Source: an uncultured Methanoregulaceae archaeon (lineage in GTDB: Archaea > Halobacteriota > Methanomicrobia > Methanomicrobiales > Methanospirillaceae). From it: DNA of 64,000 bases. Shown here one piece after another: positions 32,376-42,141 of this stretch. A program made the position numbers and the translations under genes. The notes under the pieces were generated by a model. The model was not told where the DNA came from. It did not search any database and worked only from the letters and a program-made list of their open reading frames with translations. The DNA is taken from positions 136,053 through 200,052 of the forward strand of contig CAWHHQ010000001.1 of the NCBI GenBank assembly GCA_963829225.1, given 5' to 3'. Numbering within the stretch: the stretch's first letter is position 1; each line of letters starts with the position of its first letter.

Positions 32376-34406
32376 TCACACCAGCGGTTTCATGGTCAGG
32401 GCAGGGTGCTTTACCCGTTCGAGATAATCGATCAGTTCTTCAATGGTTGTCGCCTTTGTCTCATCAGCGATCTTCTCAAAGAGATCCGGTTTGTTCTGGT
32501 CGGCTAACTTTTTCACCAGCCGCACCTTCAGTTCCTCTTTAAGCTGATAGGGCATCCAGACGAGTCGTTGAATACCACCTTCACCCTGCAAGAAACGGTC
32601 AGAGAGTATGTAGTTCTTTGAGATACCGGCAAATCCCGGTGTCTGTGCACCTCCCCCAATCGTTCCGGCGAGCGTCGAAAATGTCATTCCCGAAGGGGTG
32701 ATTCCTTTGAATTCACGGTTCACTATCATGATCCCGTTAACCTCGGGAAGCATGAGGGCAATACATTCAAAACACCCGCAGCAGGTCATAGGATATTCCA
32801 TGACGCTATAGAGCGAGCAGCGGTCGACCTCCCCGTGACTTGCCTTCTTGACAAATTTATTAACCCCGTCAAACTCCCCGTTCAGGGTGTTGATGACGGC
32901 ACCTTTTTCTATCGGTTGATTGGCGCCCGACGGTGAGATCTCAAACGCAATTTTACCGTCAAGCCAGCTGATCGCTCCGCAGAGTGCCGGGCGTTCGGGG
33001 GTAATTACACAGACATGGTTGGGGGCAAAGGTCTGGCAGAGGGTGCAGGAATAATACGTGGATACCTCGGAGTCCCGCATACCCTTTATCCGGGCATCGC
33101 GCTCTTCGTACACCTTCTCTGCATCCTTTTTTGCTTCAAGCACCTTCGCTTCATCGGTGATAAGCGTAACCGATACCGCATCGAGAAGCTGGGGAAAATC
33201 CATACGGAACTTGCTGGCCAGAAGTTTACCGATATGTTCAATTTTTATTCCTTTTGCCACAACCTCTTTTGAGATCCTCACCCAGATGATATCACGCTGT
33301 GCTACATGCCAGGATCCTTCTCCGTAATTGACAAAATTATGGATCCGGCGCTCGAGTACCGGCTCATAATCTTTCTTCATCATCTTCCCGGCAACGTTCA
33401 CGAGAATTGCCAGAGGATAGGCATTCCCCTGCTTCATTATGGCTATCTCCGGTCCGATGACAGTTACCTCCCCGTCTTTGACTTCCTCCGAGGGAAGCAT
33501 CTGTAACAGTTCGAATGCAGGGGATCTGCCCCCGCCGAACTCAACATACATCTCCTCTTTCCGGATACTTTTTCCCTCAAATGCCGGAGAACATCCCATC
33601 GGGATTGGGATCGCCGTAATATTTACGCGGATCCCCTTCTCCTCCATGCCACGCCGGACTACTTCATCAGGCTTTGATGTCAGCCATGCACTTCCCTGAT
33701 AGTCACCCAGCGAAAGGATAGGGAATCCAAGGGCCCGCATCCCATCGACGAATGCAATTTCATCGTCGGTAAGCCCGGGATATACGATCACGATTGCCTT
33801 TGCCCGCTCCCTGGCATAGGTAAGAAGACGCTGAACATCACCCGGGGTGACACCCCCGAACATCATGGCCACCCGGGCGATGATATCGACAAAGTAAATG
33901 CCGTAGGAGGGTGTAGGACCCAGCGGAATGAGACGGTATTCAAGTCCAAGCTTTACCCCGGCACCGGAAAGCGATGGAATGACATCTCCGGCAAGGAAGG
34001 TGAGCATATATTTTTCCTGCAGTTCACGACAGATAGCAGAGGCACTGTCAGCACCAGGCGGGGTACCGACAACGAGAGCAAGCCCAAGGATACTGCCGTC
34101 AACGAGCGAATACCCGAGTTTTCTGATTACCGTATCATCGATAAAACCGGTATAGGGGGCAGGTTTCCTGCCTTCTTCTGCTGTTTTCCCGGCGAGGATG
34201 CATTCCAAGGCCACAAGAGGATTATTTCCGGTCTTCTCAAATACTTCCCGTGCTGCCTGCTGGTCATGTACTGCAGTACCCGTAAGTGCAAACGAAATGG
34301 GGAGGTGATAGGCAGTTTCATCATAGGAAAATGTGTGGTGCAGGGCGTTGATCATCGTTTTCAAATGAGATTCGCCGTTTTTTTTCGCTAGTTCCACATC
34401 GGTCAT
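32376..34406 (-). CDS. acsB: Acetyl-CoA synthase, bacterial-type (AcsB with a shortened N-terminal domain)
   Basis: A-cluster ligands CTLCQTFAPNHVC, PALCGA, TCCGCFE; N-terminal domain TAYHLP..ALTG, GFIDDTVIRKLG..LVDG; 676 aa. Confidence 0.92.
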   Translation of the reverse strand: MTDVELAKKNGESHLKTMINALHHTFSYDETAYHLPISFALTGTAVHDQQAAREVFEKTGNNPLVALECILAGKTAEEGRKPAPYTGFIDDTVIRKLGYSLVDGSILGLALVVGTPPGADSASAICRELQEKYMLTFLAGDVIPSLSGAGVKLGLEYRLIPLGPTPSYGIYFVDIIARVAMMFGGVTPGDVQRLLTYARERAKAIVIVYPGLTDDEIAFVDGMRALGFPILSLGDYQGSAWLTSKPDEVVRRGMEEKGIRVNITAIPIPMGCSPAFEGKSIRKEEMYVEFGGGRSPAFELLQMLPSEEVKDGEVTVIGPEIAIMKQGNAYPLAILVNVAGKMMKKDYEPVLERRIHNFVNYGEGSWHVAQRDIIWVRISKEVVAKGIKIEHIGKLLASKFRMDFPQLLDAVSVTLITDEAKVLEAKKDAEKVYEERDARIKGMRDSEVSTYYSCTLCQTFAPNHVCVITPERPALCGAISWLDGKIAFEISPSGANQPIEKGAVINTLNGEFDGVNKFVKKASHGEVDRCSLYSVMEYPMTCCGCFECIALMLPEVNGIMIVNREFKGITPSGMTFSTLAGTIGGGAQTPGFAGISKNYILSDRFLQGEGGIQRLVWMPYQLKEELKVRLVKKLADQNKPDLFEKIADETKATTIEELIDYLERVKHPALTMKPLV

Positions 34407-34555
34407 CAGTTTTTACCCTCTGATCATGGGTTGCATATCAGAACAGATATAGTTTCGTCAACGGGTAAGATGGTGTAATTTCTCATCTCAAAACAGAGTT
34501 TTTTTGAGTATAACAGATAACAAAAATATTTATTCTCACTCAAGAAATTCTGTGT

Positions 34556-35482
34556 ATGGCAAGGCAGAATCTAGATATTTTACGGTTAAATGCATGGTTT
34601 TACCCGTTGGTAATGCTCATTATGGTCATCTGTATCATCCAACCGGCGCTTGCCGTCCAGGGGACCGTGACCATCTCTTATCGCGGGGCGGGTGGATACA
34701 TTATCGGCGATGTCATCACGTTTGATGGAAGAAATACGGTCAGCAATATCACATTGCTGAAAATTTCGGGTCCCGGTCTGCCCGAGGCAGGGGTTCCTGT
34801 CTATAATCTGAATGGTGTTGCCGGTTCTGGAAATTCCGCTCCGGTGAACGCAGACGGCACATGGAAATTTGTCTGGGACACGGCAAATATTGCAGGAGTC
34901 GAGAAACTGATGACGGTGAGGTATACCATCACCGCGTACGACCAAGCCAGTCCGGAAAAAATGGCATCGACATCTATCCTGTTAAAAAAACCCGGATTTT
35001 ATATAAATCCTCAACCGAGTGCCATCAATCCAGGAGATTATGTGCAGGTGTCTGGGACCGCTGAACAGGGGGTCACCTATGTGAAGATCGAGATCGTTGA
35101 CCCCGAAGGCACGATTCTGCACACGTTCGTCTCCCCGGTCAGCGGGACAGGTTTCTTCAATTACGGGTTCCGTGCCGATATGCAGCCGGGCCAGTACACG
35201 GTCAGGGTCGGTAACCCGGCGTTAAAAGATTCCCTGACAACGACCCTTACGGTAGTATCACCAGGGACAAATACAACAGCTTCAACCACGGCCGTGATTA
35301 CCACATCTCCTGCAGAAACCGTGACAGTCATTACCACGGCTCCACCGGAGCAGACAGCCACGGTTGGTTCGTCCGCTTCATTAACCCCGTCAATCCCTCT
35401 TTCCCCAATCATCCCGGTAGCAGGTCTCATTATTTCCGGGCTTATTGTTATTACATGGTCGACAGGATCCAGGAAACAATAA
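34556..35482 (+). CDS. Exported surface protein with Thr-rich linker and C-terminal TM anchor; paralogue of 24902..25972
   Basis: Signal peptide (QPALA), VTISYRGAGGYIIGD, Thr-rich stretch, PLSP followed by a TM helix and basic tail. Confidence 0.78.
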   Translation: MARQNLDILRLNAWFYPLVMLIMVICIIQPALAVQGTVTISYRGAGGYIIGDVITFDGRNTVSNITLLKISGPGLPEAGVPVYNLNGVAGSGNSAPVNADGTWKFVWDTANIAGVEKLMTVRYTITAYDQASPEKMASTSILLKKPGFYINPQPSAINPGDYVQVSGTAEQGVTYVKIEIVDPEGTILHTFVSPVSGTGFFNYGFRADMQPGQYTVRVGNPALKDSLTTTLTVVSPGTNTTASTTAVITTSPAETVTVITTAPPEQTATVGSSASLTPSIPLSPIIPVAGLIISGLIVITWSTGSRKQ

Positions 35483-35677
35483 ACCCACAAATATATTTTT
35501 CGTTCTTTAGTGAAATACTGATATTTTTATAAACGATATTAACGGTAAATATTTTTAGGACGAAGGGTTATTTTAGTTCTTTAATCAAAGAAGGATTTAC
35601 GGAGTTATAACAACACTTTCTATCTTAAATAAGAAAAGTGGAATGCTGAATAAGAAATAGTCAGGTTTTTTTACCAT

Positions 35678-35837
35678 TCAGATGCGATCAATTCCTATCA
35701 GGATCAATTGATTGACTGCTTTGTCAATCTGCTCATTATCAACCGCACCATCTCCGGCTTTCATCAGTTTGATAAAAAGTTTTTCGTAGGGTACTCATGG
35801 GTATATTTACCGGCATGAATTCGGGTTTTTTTGGCAT
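35678..35837 (-). CDS. Probable small ribbon-helix-helix-like protein, 52 aa, with a +1 indel at 35789-35791
   Basis: Removing one base gives MPKKPEFMPVNIPMSTYEKLFIKLMKAGDGAVDNEQIDKAVNQLILIGIDRI*. Confidence 0.45.
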
Positions 35838-36071
35838 AGGACTATGATTGAAAGCTTCATCATTATAAAAAATTGCATGTTACTATAACAAACGACGTCA
35901 TATCTTTTTTATTTTTAAAAGTACAATGACAACCTGGTCCTGATTTTTTTCCCTTATAGGGTGATCTGAGACTCTTCCGGATTGCAGTTTGTCCATTTCT
36001 GCTCAGTAATCACTTTTTTTACCATAATCTATTTCGGTATTCACACCTTACGATGATCTCACCGCCAGAGG

Positions 36072-37589
36072 ATGCTCTTGAAGAAATTTTCCTTTATCGC
36101 CCATATGCCGGATACACCGGGTTCACTCCACCGGGCAGCCGAGATCATCAAAAAATATGAAGGGAATATCAACCGGATACAGTATGACCGGCGCATCGAT
36201 CCTGCGACGGTGTTTTATGAAGTTACAGCTTCAGAAGAGGCATTCAGGAAGATGACTGCTGACCTCTCAGCTATCGGATACCTCCAGACGTCCTTAAAAC
36301 CATCAAACTTCTTAAAATGCTGTATTTACCTTCCCCACCGCCCCGGCGCGCTGTATGAGTTCCTGAACTTTACGACCTCGGTGGGGGCGAATATCGGGTT
36401 TATTGATTTTGACGACAAAGGCAGGCACCCGGACCGTCTTACCGTAAGCCTGAACCTGGAACAGGCTGCGGTGGTCGACCATCTCCTGGACCTTCTGAAG
36501 TCCCGTTACCGGCTTGAAATCCTCGAATATGATACAACGGGGAAACATCTTGACGATACTGTATTTTATGTCAGGTATGCCCAGGAAATACGCGAGCTCA
36601 TCGGCGAATCGGAAGAGGATTTTCTGCTCTCGTTTCTTGCGGATACCAATCATATCGTACAGGAACTTATGGACCGGGGAAATGACCCCCGGAAGGTCTT
36701 TGACAGCGTACTGCTGACCGGGCAGACCATGAGGGCAACGACCCGGGAAAAATTTTACGCGGATGTCCAGCGATTTGAAATCGGCGGGCAATCCACCCTT
36801 TTCTGCTTCCAGGTGCCCTGCGGAGGGAACATTTTCCTGATCGATACACCGGGAGAAAAAGTCATGATCGATACCGGCTATGGCATTTATCATAATGAGG
36901 TAATGTCAATGCTTTCCCGGTATGGCCTTGGAGACGGACACCCGATATCACGGGTCGTCGTCACGCACGCCGATGCGGATCATTGTGGAGCTGCAGGATA
37001 TTTTACCGCCCCCGTGTTCATGCATAAGGAAACACTTGCAATTATTAAACAGAACAACCGGGCATATGGCTCGCGGAGTGAACATTCTGTCCTTGAAGAG
37101 TTCTATACCCACATGATCAACCTTTTCTCAAAGTTCAACTGTCCTCCTGATATTTACTGCTTCCCTGAATCCACGGAATCAATGCGGGGGATTTTTCCGG
37201 TAATCGGTACCGTCAGGATCGGGAACCTTGAACTGGAGATACTCGAAGGACTCGGGGGGCATATGCGGGGGCAAATCTACCTGTATTCCCAAAAATCCGG
37301 GTTGCTTTTTGCCGCAGACAGTGTTATCAATTTCTCAAGCCTAACCCGGGACCGTGCGGATTATAGTTCCCTTGCTGCGTTCCTGGTCACTTCGGTCAAC
37401 GTCGACAGCGATCTGGCGAGAAAAGAACGAAAGGCGCTGCTGGAACTTGCATCTGTAACTGATGCGGCACTTATTGCAACCGGCAGGCGATGCCTGATCT
37501 GTGGTGGGCATGGCGCAGTTTCTGTCCTTGAAGGAGCCGGTCTGGTAATTCATGGAGAGATTGAGCAGTATCAGTCACGGGAAGCCTGA
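36072..37589 (+). CDS. Tandem ACT domains plus MBL-fold metallohydrolase
   Basis: ACT-like PDTPGSL and PHRPGAL; IDTGYG, THADADHCG, GGH, GGHG. Confidence 0.8.
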   Translation: MLLKKFSFIAHMPDTPGSLHRAAEIIKKYEGNINRIQYDRRIDPATVFYEVTASEEAFRKMTADLSAIGYLQTSLKPSNFLKCCIYLPHRPGALYEFLNFTTSVGANIGFIDFDDKGRHPDRLTVSLNLEQAAVVDHLLDLLKSRYRLEILEYDTTGKHLDDTVFYVRYAQEIRELIGESEEDFLLSFLADTNHIVQELMDRGNDPRKVFDSVLLTGQTMRATTREKFYADVQRFEIGGQSTLFCFQVPCGGNIFLIDTPGEKVMIDTGYGIYHNEVMSMLSRYGLGDGHPISRVVVTHADADHCGAAGYFTAPVFMHKETLAIIKQNNRAYGSRSEHSVLEEFYTHMINLFSKFNCPPDIYCFPESTESMRGIFPVIGTVRIGNLELEILEGLGGHMRGQIYLYSQKSGLLFAADSVINFSSLTRDRADYSSLAAFLVTSVNVDSDLARKERKALLELASVTDAALIATGRRCLICGGHGAVSVLEGAGLVIHGEIEQYQSREA

Positions 37590-37967
37590 GCCGGCGCGAC
37601 CGAATACCAAAAAATAACGCCCGGCGACCTTACCGGGAAAAAAGGAAAGTCCGCATTTATTTTACCATCGCAGATGTCCCACTGGGGATATACTCCATGG
37701 TGAGAATGTACTGTTACGCCAAGACTTCTCTGGTTAATTCGTCCCGGAGGTTCTTTCCGGAGTTCCCTGCATTCTCTCATTTCATCATTGAATCCGGGGC
37801 CATAGAAAGGAACGTTTTTTTTAATTATGCGATATGAGGTCCGGGAAGGAATCCGGCATGACTATGGATTGGTTTTCATGGATATTGGTATCCAGACCTG
37901 AGAAGGAAAAGCCCGGATACTTCGAAATTCTCATCTACTATGTGATTGCATCTTTTGTGCGGGAAGC

Positions 37968-38567
37968 ATGGAAAGTCACAGGGTTCAGGACATGATGCAA
38001 CTGATGGCATCAAAGATCCGGGCGATCGCCAGTACAATATCAGATGAGGATGTTGAGAAATTCATTACGACAATGCTCAACGCACAGCGGATATATGTCA
38101 TGGGGGCAGGACGGTCCGGGCTTGTTGCAAAGGCATTTGCCATGCGGCTCATGCATCTGGGACTCCAGGCATTCGTCGTAGGAGAGACGATCACGCCGGC
38201 CCTGAATGCGGGAGATATTATGGTCGTATTCTCAGGTTCCGGGCGGACGAAAACGGTTGCTGATATCGCGGAGACGGCAAAGGAGATCGGGGCAAAGATA
38301 TGTCTTATTACCTCGAACGCAGATTCGAGAATTGGAAGAATATCTGACTGCATCGTGATTATCGAACACCAGCGGGATGCGGTGGGGGATGATGCCGTCG
38401 AATTCGAGATCCGGCAGATGATGGGAGACCACAAGTCATTCGCCCCCCTGGGTACGCTCTTTGAAACGACCTCCATGATCTTTGCCGATGCAGTAATATC
38501 CCGGCTGATGGAGATTACCAGGACGGACGAGAAAACACTCAGGGGCCGTCATACTAATATCGAATAG
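37968..38567 (+). CDS. hxlB: 6-phospho-3-hexuloisomerase
   Basis: GAGRSGLV, FAMRLMHLG, SGSG, APLGTLFE, HTNIE. Confidence 0.93.
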   Translation: MESHRVQDMMQLMASKIRAIASTISDEDVEKFITTMLNAQRIYVMGAGRSGLVAKAFAMRLMHLGLQAFVVGETITPALNAGDIMVVFSGSGRTKTVADIAETAKEIGAKICLITSNADSRIGRISDCIVIIEHQRDAVGDDAVEFEIRQMMGDHKSFAPLGTLFETTSMIFADAVISRLMEITRTDEKTLRGRHTNIE

Positions 38568-38583
38568 ACGAGGAGCACATACT

Positions 38584-39690
38584 ATGAGTCTGAAATTTGC
38601 GCAGCGGGTACAGGATATCGAGATATCCGGGATCCGTAAGATCTTTGAGGCTGCCGGTGCCGATTCGATCAACCTGGGACTCGGACAACCCGATTTTGAT
38701 ACGCCACAGCATATTAAAGATGCAGCGATTAACGCGATTTCCAAGGGAAAGACGGGCTATACGAACAACACGGGAATCCCTGAACTCAGGAACGCAATCT
38801 GTGAAAAATTTAAAACCGAGAACAAGCTTTCCTACACGCCGGAACAGTTGATCGTAACGGCCGGTGCAAGCGAGGCCCTTCACATTGTGATGCATGCTCT
38901 GGTCGACGAAGGGGATCTGGTGCTCTGCCCGGACCCGGGATTTGTCTCCTATGCGGCATTAGCTACCCTTGCCGGCGGTCGCCCCATCAGTGTCCCCCTC
39001 ACCCGCGATCTCCATATCGATGTTGAGAAGGCGAAGGAGCTGATGGATGGTGCACGGATCCTGATGTTGAACTCTCCTGCAAACCCGACAGGGTCCGTCG
39101 AAAGTAAAGACTCCATCAGGGCGCTCGTGGAATATGCTGATGATGCGGGGGTCACGGTTGTTTCCGATGAGGTATACGAACATTTTATCTATGGCAAACG
39201 GCACTGGAGCGCTGCCCGGTTTGGCGAGAATGTCGTCACCATCAATGCTGCGAGCAAGACCTACGCGATGACCGGCTGGAGACTCGGATACCTTGCTGCT
39301 TCTGAAGAGATTGTAGCGCAATGCGTGAAGGTGCACCAGTATTGCCAGGCGTGTGCCACGTCAATTTCCCAGTACGCAGCTCTCGCCGCCTATACCGGCG
39401 ATCAGGGCCCGGTTACGATGATGCGTGACGAATACCGCGTACGGAGGAACCTTATCTGTAAAAGGCTTGCAGATCTGGGATTCGTATTTCCCATACCCGA
39501 AGGCGCATTTTATGCTTTCGTTCCCATGAAGCCGACACTTTTCCAAAGGATCATCGAACAGGGCATTATCATCGTCCCCGGAACAGCATTCGGGACGAAT
39601 GCACCCGAATATGCCCGTTTCAGTTATGCAACCTCCCGGGAAAACATAAACCGGGCTCTTGACAGGATACAAAACATCATGAGGGATTGA
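38584..39690 (+). CDS. Class I PLP-dependent (aspartate-type) aminotransferase
   Basis: GQPDF, NSPANPTG, DEVY, SKTYAMTGWRLG. Confidence 0.92.
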   Translation: MSLKFAQRVQDIEISGIRKIFEAAGADSINLGLGQPDFDTPQHIKDAAINAISKGKTGYTNNTGIPELRNAICEKFKTENKLSYTPEQLIVTAGASEALHIVMHALVDEGDLVLCPDPGFVSYAALATLAGGRPISVPLTRDLHIDVEKAKELMDGARILMLNSPANPTGSVESKDSIRALVEYADDAGVTVVSDEVYEHFIYGKRHWSAARFGENVVTINAASKTYAMTGWRLGYLAASEEIVAQCVKVHQYCQACATSISQYAALAAYTGDQGPVTMMRDEYRVRRNLICKRLADLGFVFPIPEGAFYAFVPMKPTLFQRIIEQGIIIVPGTAFGTNAPEYARFSYATSRENINRALDRIQNIMRD

Positions 39691-39691
39691 T

Positions 39692-40729
39692 ATGGTCAGA
39701 GAACTCTTAAAAAAATTATCCAATGCACACGGTGTATCGGGAAGCGAAAGCAGTGTATTTGCTATTATAAAAAAGGAACTCAAAGGGCACGTTGACGAAA
39801 TATCCGAAGACCCGATGGGCAACCTGATCGCGACGAAACGTGGCAATGCATTCACAGTTATGCTCGCGGCGCATATGGACGAGATCGGGCTTATGGTAAA
39901 GTTTGTTGACGACAAGGGTTTTATCCGGTTCGTGGCACTTGGCGGATGGTATGGTCCGACACTGTATAACCAGCGGGTTGTCCTGCACGGGACAAAAGGA
40001 AAATACCTTGGTGTCATTGGGGGGAAACCACCCCATATGATGGACGACGAGGACCGCAAGAAAGGCGTGAAAATTGACGATATGTTCATAGATATCGGAG
40101 CTTCAAACCGTGAAGAGGTGGATTATCTCGGAATAGAAGTCGGGACACCGGTTACCATCGATCGCGAGTTCACGCCCCTTGCGTACAATCGGGTGTCGGG
40201 AAAGGCATTTGATAATCGTGCAGGTGTTGCAATGCTTATTAAAACCTTAAAACAGACCGACTCACCTCTCACCATCTTCGGCGTTTTTACCGTTCAGGAA
40301 GAGGTCGGTATGAAGGGTGCACGGACAAGCGCCTATGGTCTGGATCCGGACTGCGCGATAGCTACCGACGTAACAATCCCGGGTGATCATCCCGGAATCG
40401 AGATGAAGGATGCTCCGGTAGCGATGGGTAAAGGTCCGGTTATCACCATTGTGGACAGCAGCGGTCGCGGACTCATTGCCAGTCGTAAGATGGTGAAGTG
40501 GCTCAAGGATGCCGCAGAGGCCCGGGGAATTCCCGTACAGATGGAAGTCGGGAGCGGGGGAACTACGGATGCAACAGCAATCCACCTGACAAAGTGCGGT
40601 ATCCCCAGCACGACCCTGAGCATCCCCTCGCGGTATATACATTCACCTGTTGAAGTCCTGGATACGGAAGACATTGAAGCCGGCGTAAAATTGCTGGTTG
40701 CGGCCTTAAAACAAAAACCAGCTCTCTAA
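39692..40729 (+). CDS. M42-family (TET) aminopeptidase
   Basis: AHMDEIG, KAFDNRAG, QEEVG, GGTTD, RYIHS. Confidence 0.93.
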   Translation: MVRELLKKLSNAHGVSGSESSVFAIIKKELKGHVDEISEDPMGNLIATKRGNAFTVMLAAHMDEIGLMVKFVDDKGFIRFVALGGWYGPTLYNQRVVLHGTKGKYLGVIGGKPPHMMDDEDRKKGVKIDDMFIDIGASNREEVDYLGIEVGTPVTIDREFTPLAYNRVSGKAFDNRAGVAMLIKTLKQTDSPLTIFGVFTVQEEVGMKGARTSAYGLDPDCAIATDVTIPGDHPGIEMKDAPVAMGKGPVITIVDSSGRGLIASRKMVKWLKDAAEARGIPVQMEVGSGGTTDATAIHLTKCGIPSTTLSIPSRYIHSPVEVLDTEDIEAGVKLLVAALKQKPAL

Positions 40730-41144
40730 ATAGCAGGATAATTTTCCAGGTAAACGACCGTTGTGATTGAAGAAGAATATATATGAAATGGAAAAATATT
40801 TTTTTCCTGATGATTCAACCATCAAGATTGATGATTATTCTTGTCTGTTTTGTCTTCCTAGTAACCACGGTGCTCGTCACAAAACAGCCCCCCAAAAAAT
40901 GTTACATCCACCTTCTCTGATATTTTTACCACTCCGATTGGAGGATTTGAAATAATAGGGGGTGGAGTTAGTAGAACCTAATACTCTACTGAAACATCTT
41001 AACGGAATCATCTACATTGAATCAACCAATTAAGAAATGAACAATGATTGATTCTGGTATACAATTCTGGAAATATACTCCGGCACATTGATAGAAAATT
41101 ATTTTTAGTGAAAATGCACGGCACCAGGTGCAAAAAAATAACAC

Positions 41145-41300
41145 TTATTTCTTCTTCACATTTTTTTTGGGAGTCAGAATACCTGCCTTCTCTAATTCTT
41201 CCCGGGCTAGCGTTTTAAAACTCTTTCTCCGGTCTTCACCGGGGAATAAATCGGTTTTAACTTTTGCATCCAAGGTTTTCGGTTTCCTTTTCTTTGCCAT
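41145..41300 (-). CDS. Small Lys-rich protein, 51 aa
   Basis: MAKKRKPKTLDAKVKTDLFPGEDRRKSFKTLAREELEKAGILTPKKNVKKK*; AGGT upstream. Confidence 0.55.
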   Translation of the reverse strand: MAKKRKPKTLDAKVKTDLFPGEDRRKSFKTLAREELEKAGILTPKKNVKKK

Positions 41301-42141
41301 GCATGATTAATACCTGTTTACTGTTATTATTTTTGTGTATAGACTTTTCAGAATCCTGTTCCCGGTCATCTGCAAAACAATGGATAATGTCCTCATCCCT
41401 TGTAACTGCCAACAGAATGCGAATATGGATGCCGCTTACCGTCAAATAAGAAAATAAATTCTCCTTCAGACCAGAGGGAAAAATATGAGGTACATTCCAT
41501 GTATCGTCCTACTGGTGGCAGTTCTCTTTACAGCATGATGTACGAACAAGAATAAAATGTCGCTGCTCCTCCTGATGTAACCATTACCCTGACCTCAATT
41601 CTTGTGGTGTCAACCGTACCAATATTGACCGAAAAACCCAATGCAGGATAATACCAGTGACAGAAATTTTCTTGAGGCGGTTGGAATATGTTATAACTAC
41701 ACTCCGGCTATCACCGATACCCAAACGAATCTGGAATTTACGATGTGCCATGCAACACATCCCCAATTCCATTGGGGACGTGGGCCCGGCTGTTCAGAAG
41801 TGAAATACTAGAATATACAACAAAGGATGACGGCACGACAGGGGGAAATAAGAGATCAACGGAAAACATGCACATGGCCCGGGTGAGATTCGCGGCATCT
41901 CTGAACAGGCTATGGTAAAAAAAGCCCGGATGCCTGTTCTGCCTTAAATCCTTTTACCTAATTACCATGCCGGGTATTTACTTTCATTTACGCCGTAACA
42001 TGCATAAAAAATTGTCAGATTTATGCAGATTTAACAGAAGTTTAGTATCTGGCAATATGTTAAGCGAGGGAAAACCACAAAAATGCTAGTATTTTTTTTT
42101 GAACAGGAAAAGATCTGATATCAGATTTTTCAATCACCGGG

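Noticed and set aside
40835-40940. Minus-strand GGLFCDEHR fragment resembling an AN1 zinc finger
   Set aside because: Too short, interrupted by a stop, and missing the upstream cysteines.
42113-42126. Palindrome ATCTGATATCAGAT as an operator
   Set aside because: It lies just after the reductase stop beside A/T tracts; more simply a terminator-region hairpin.
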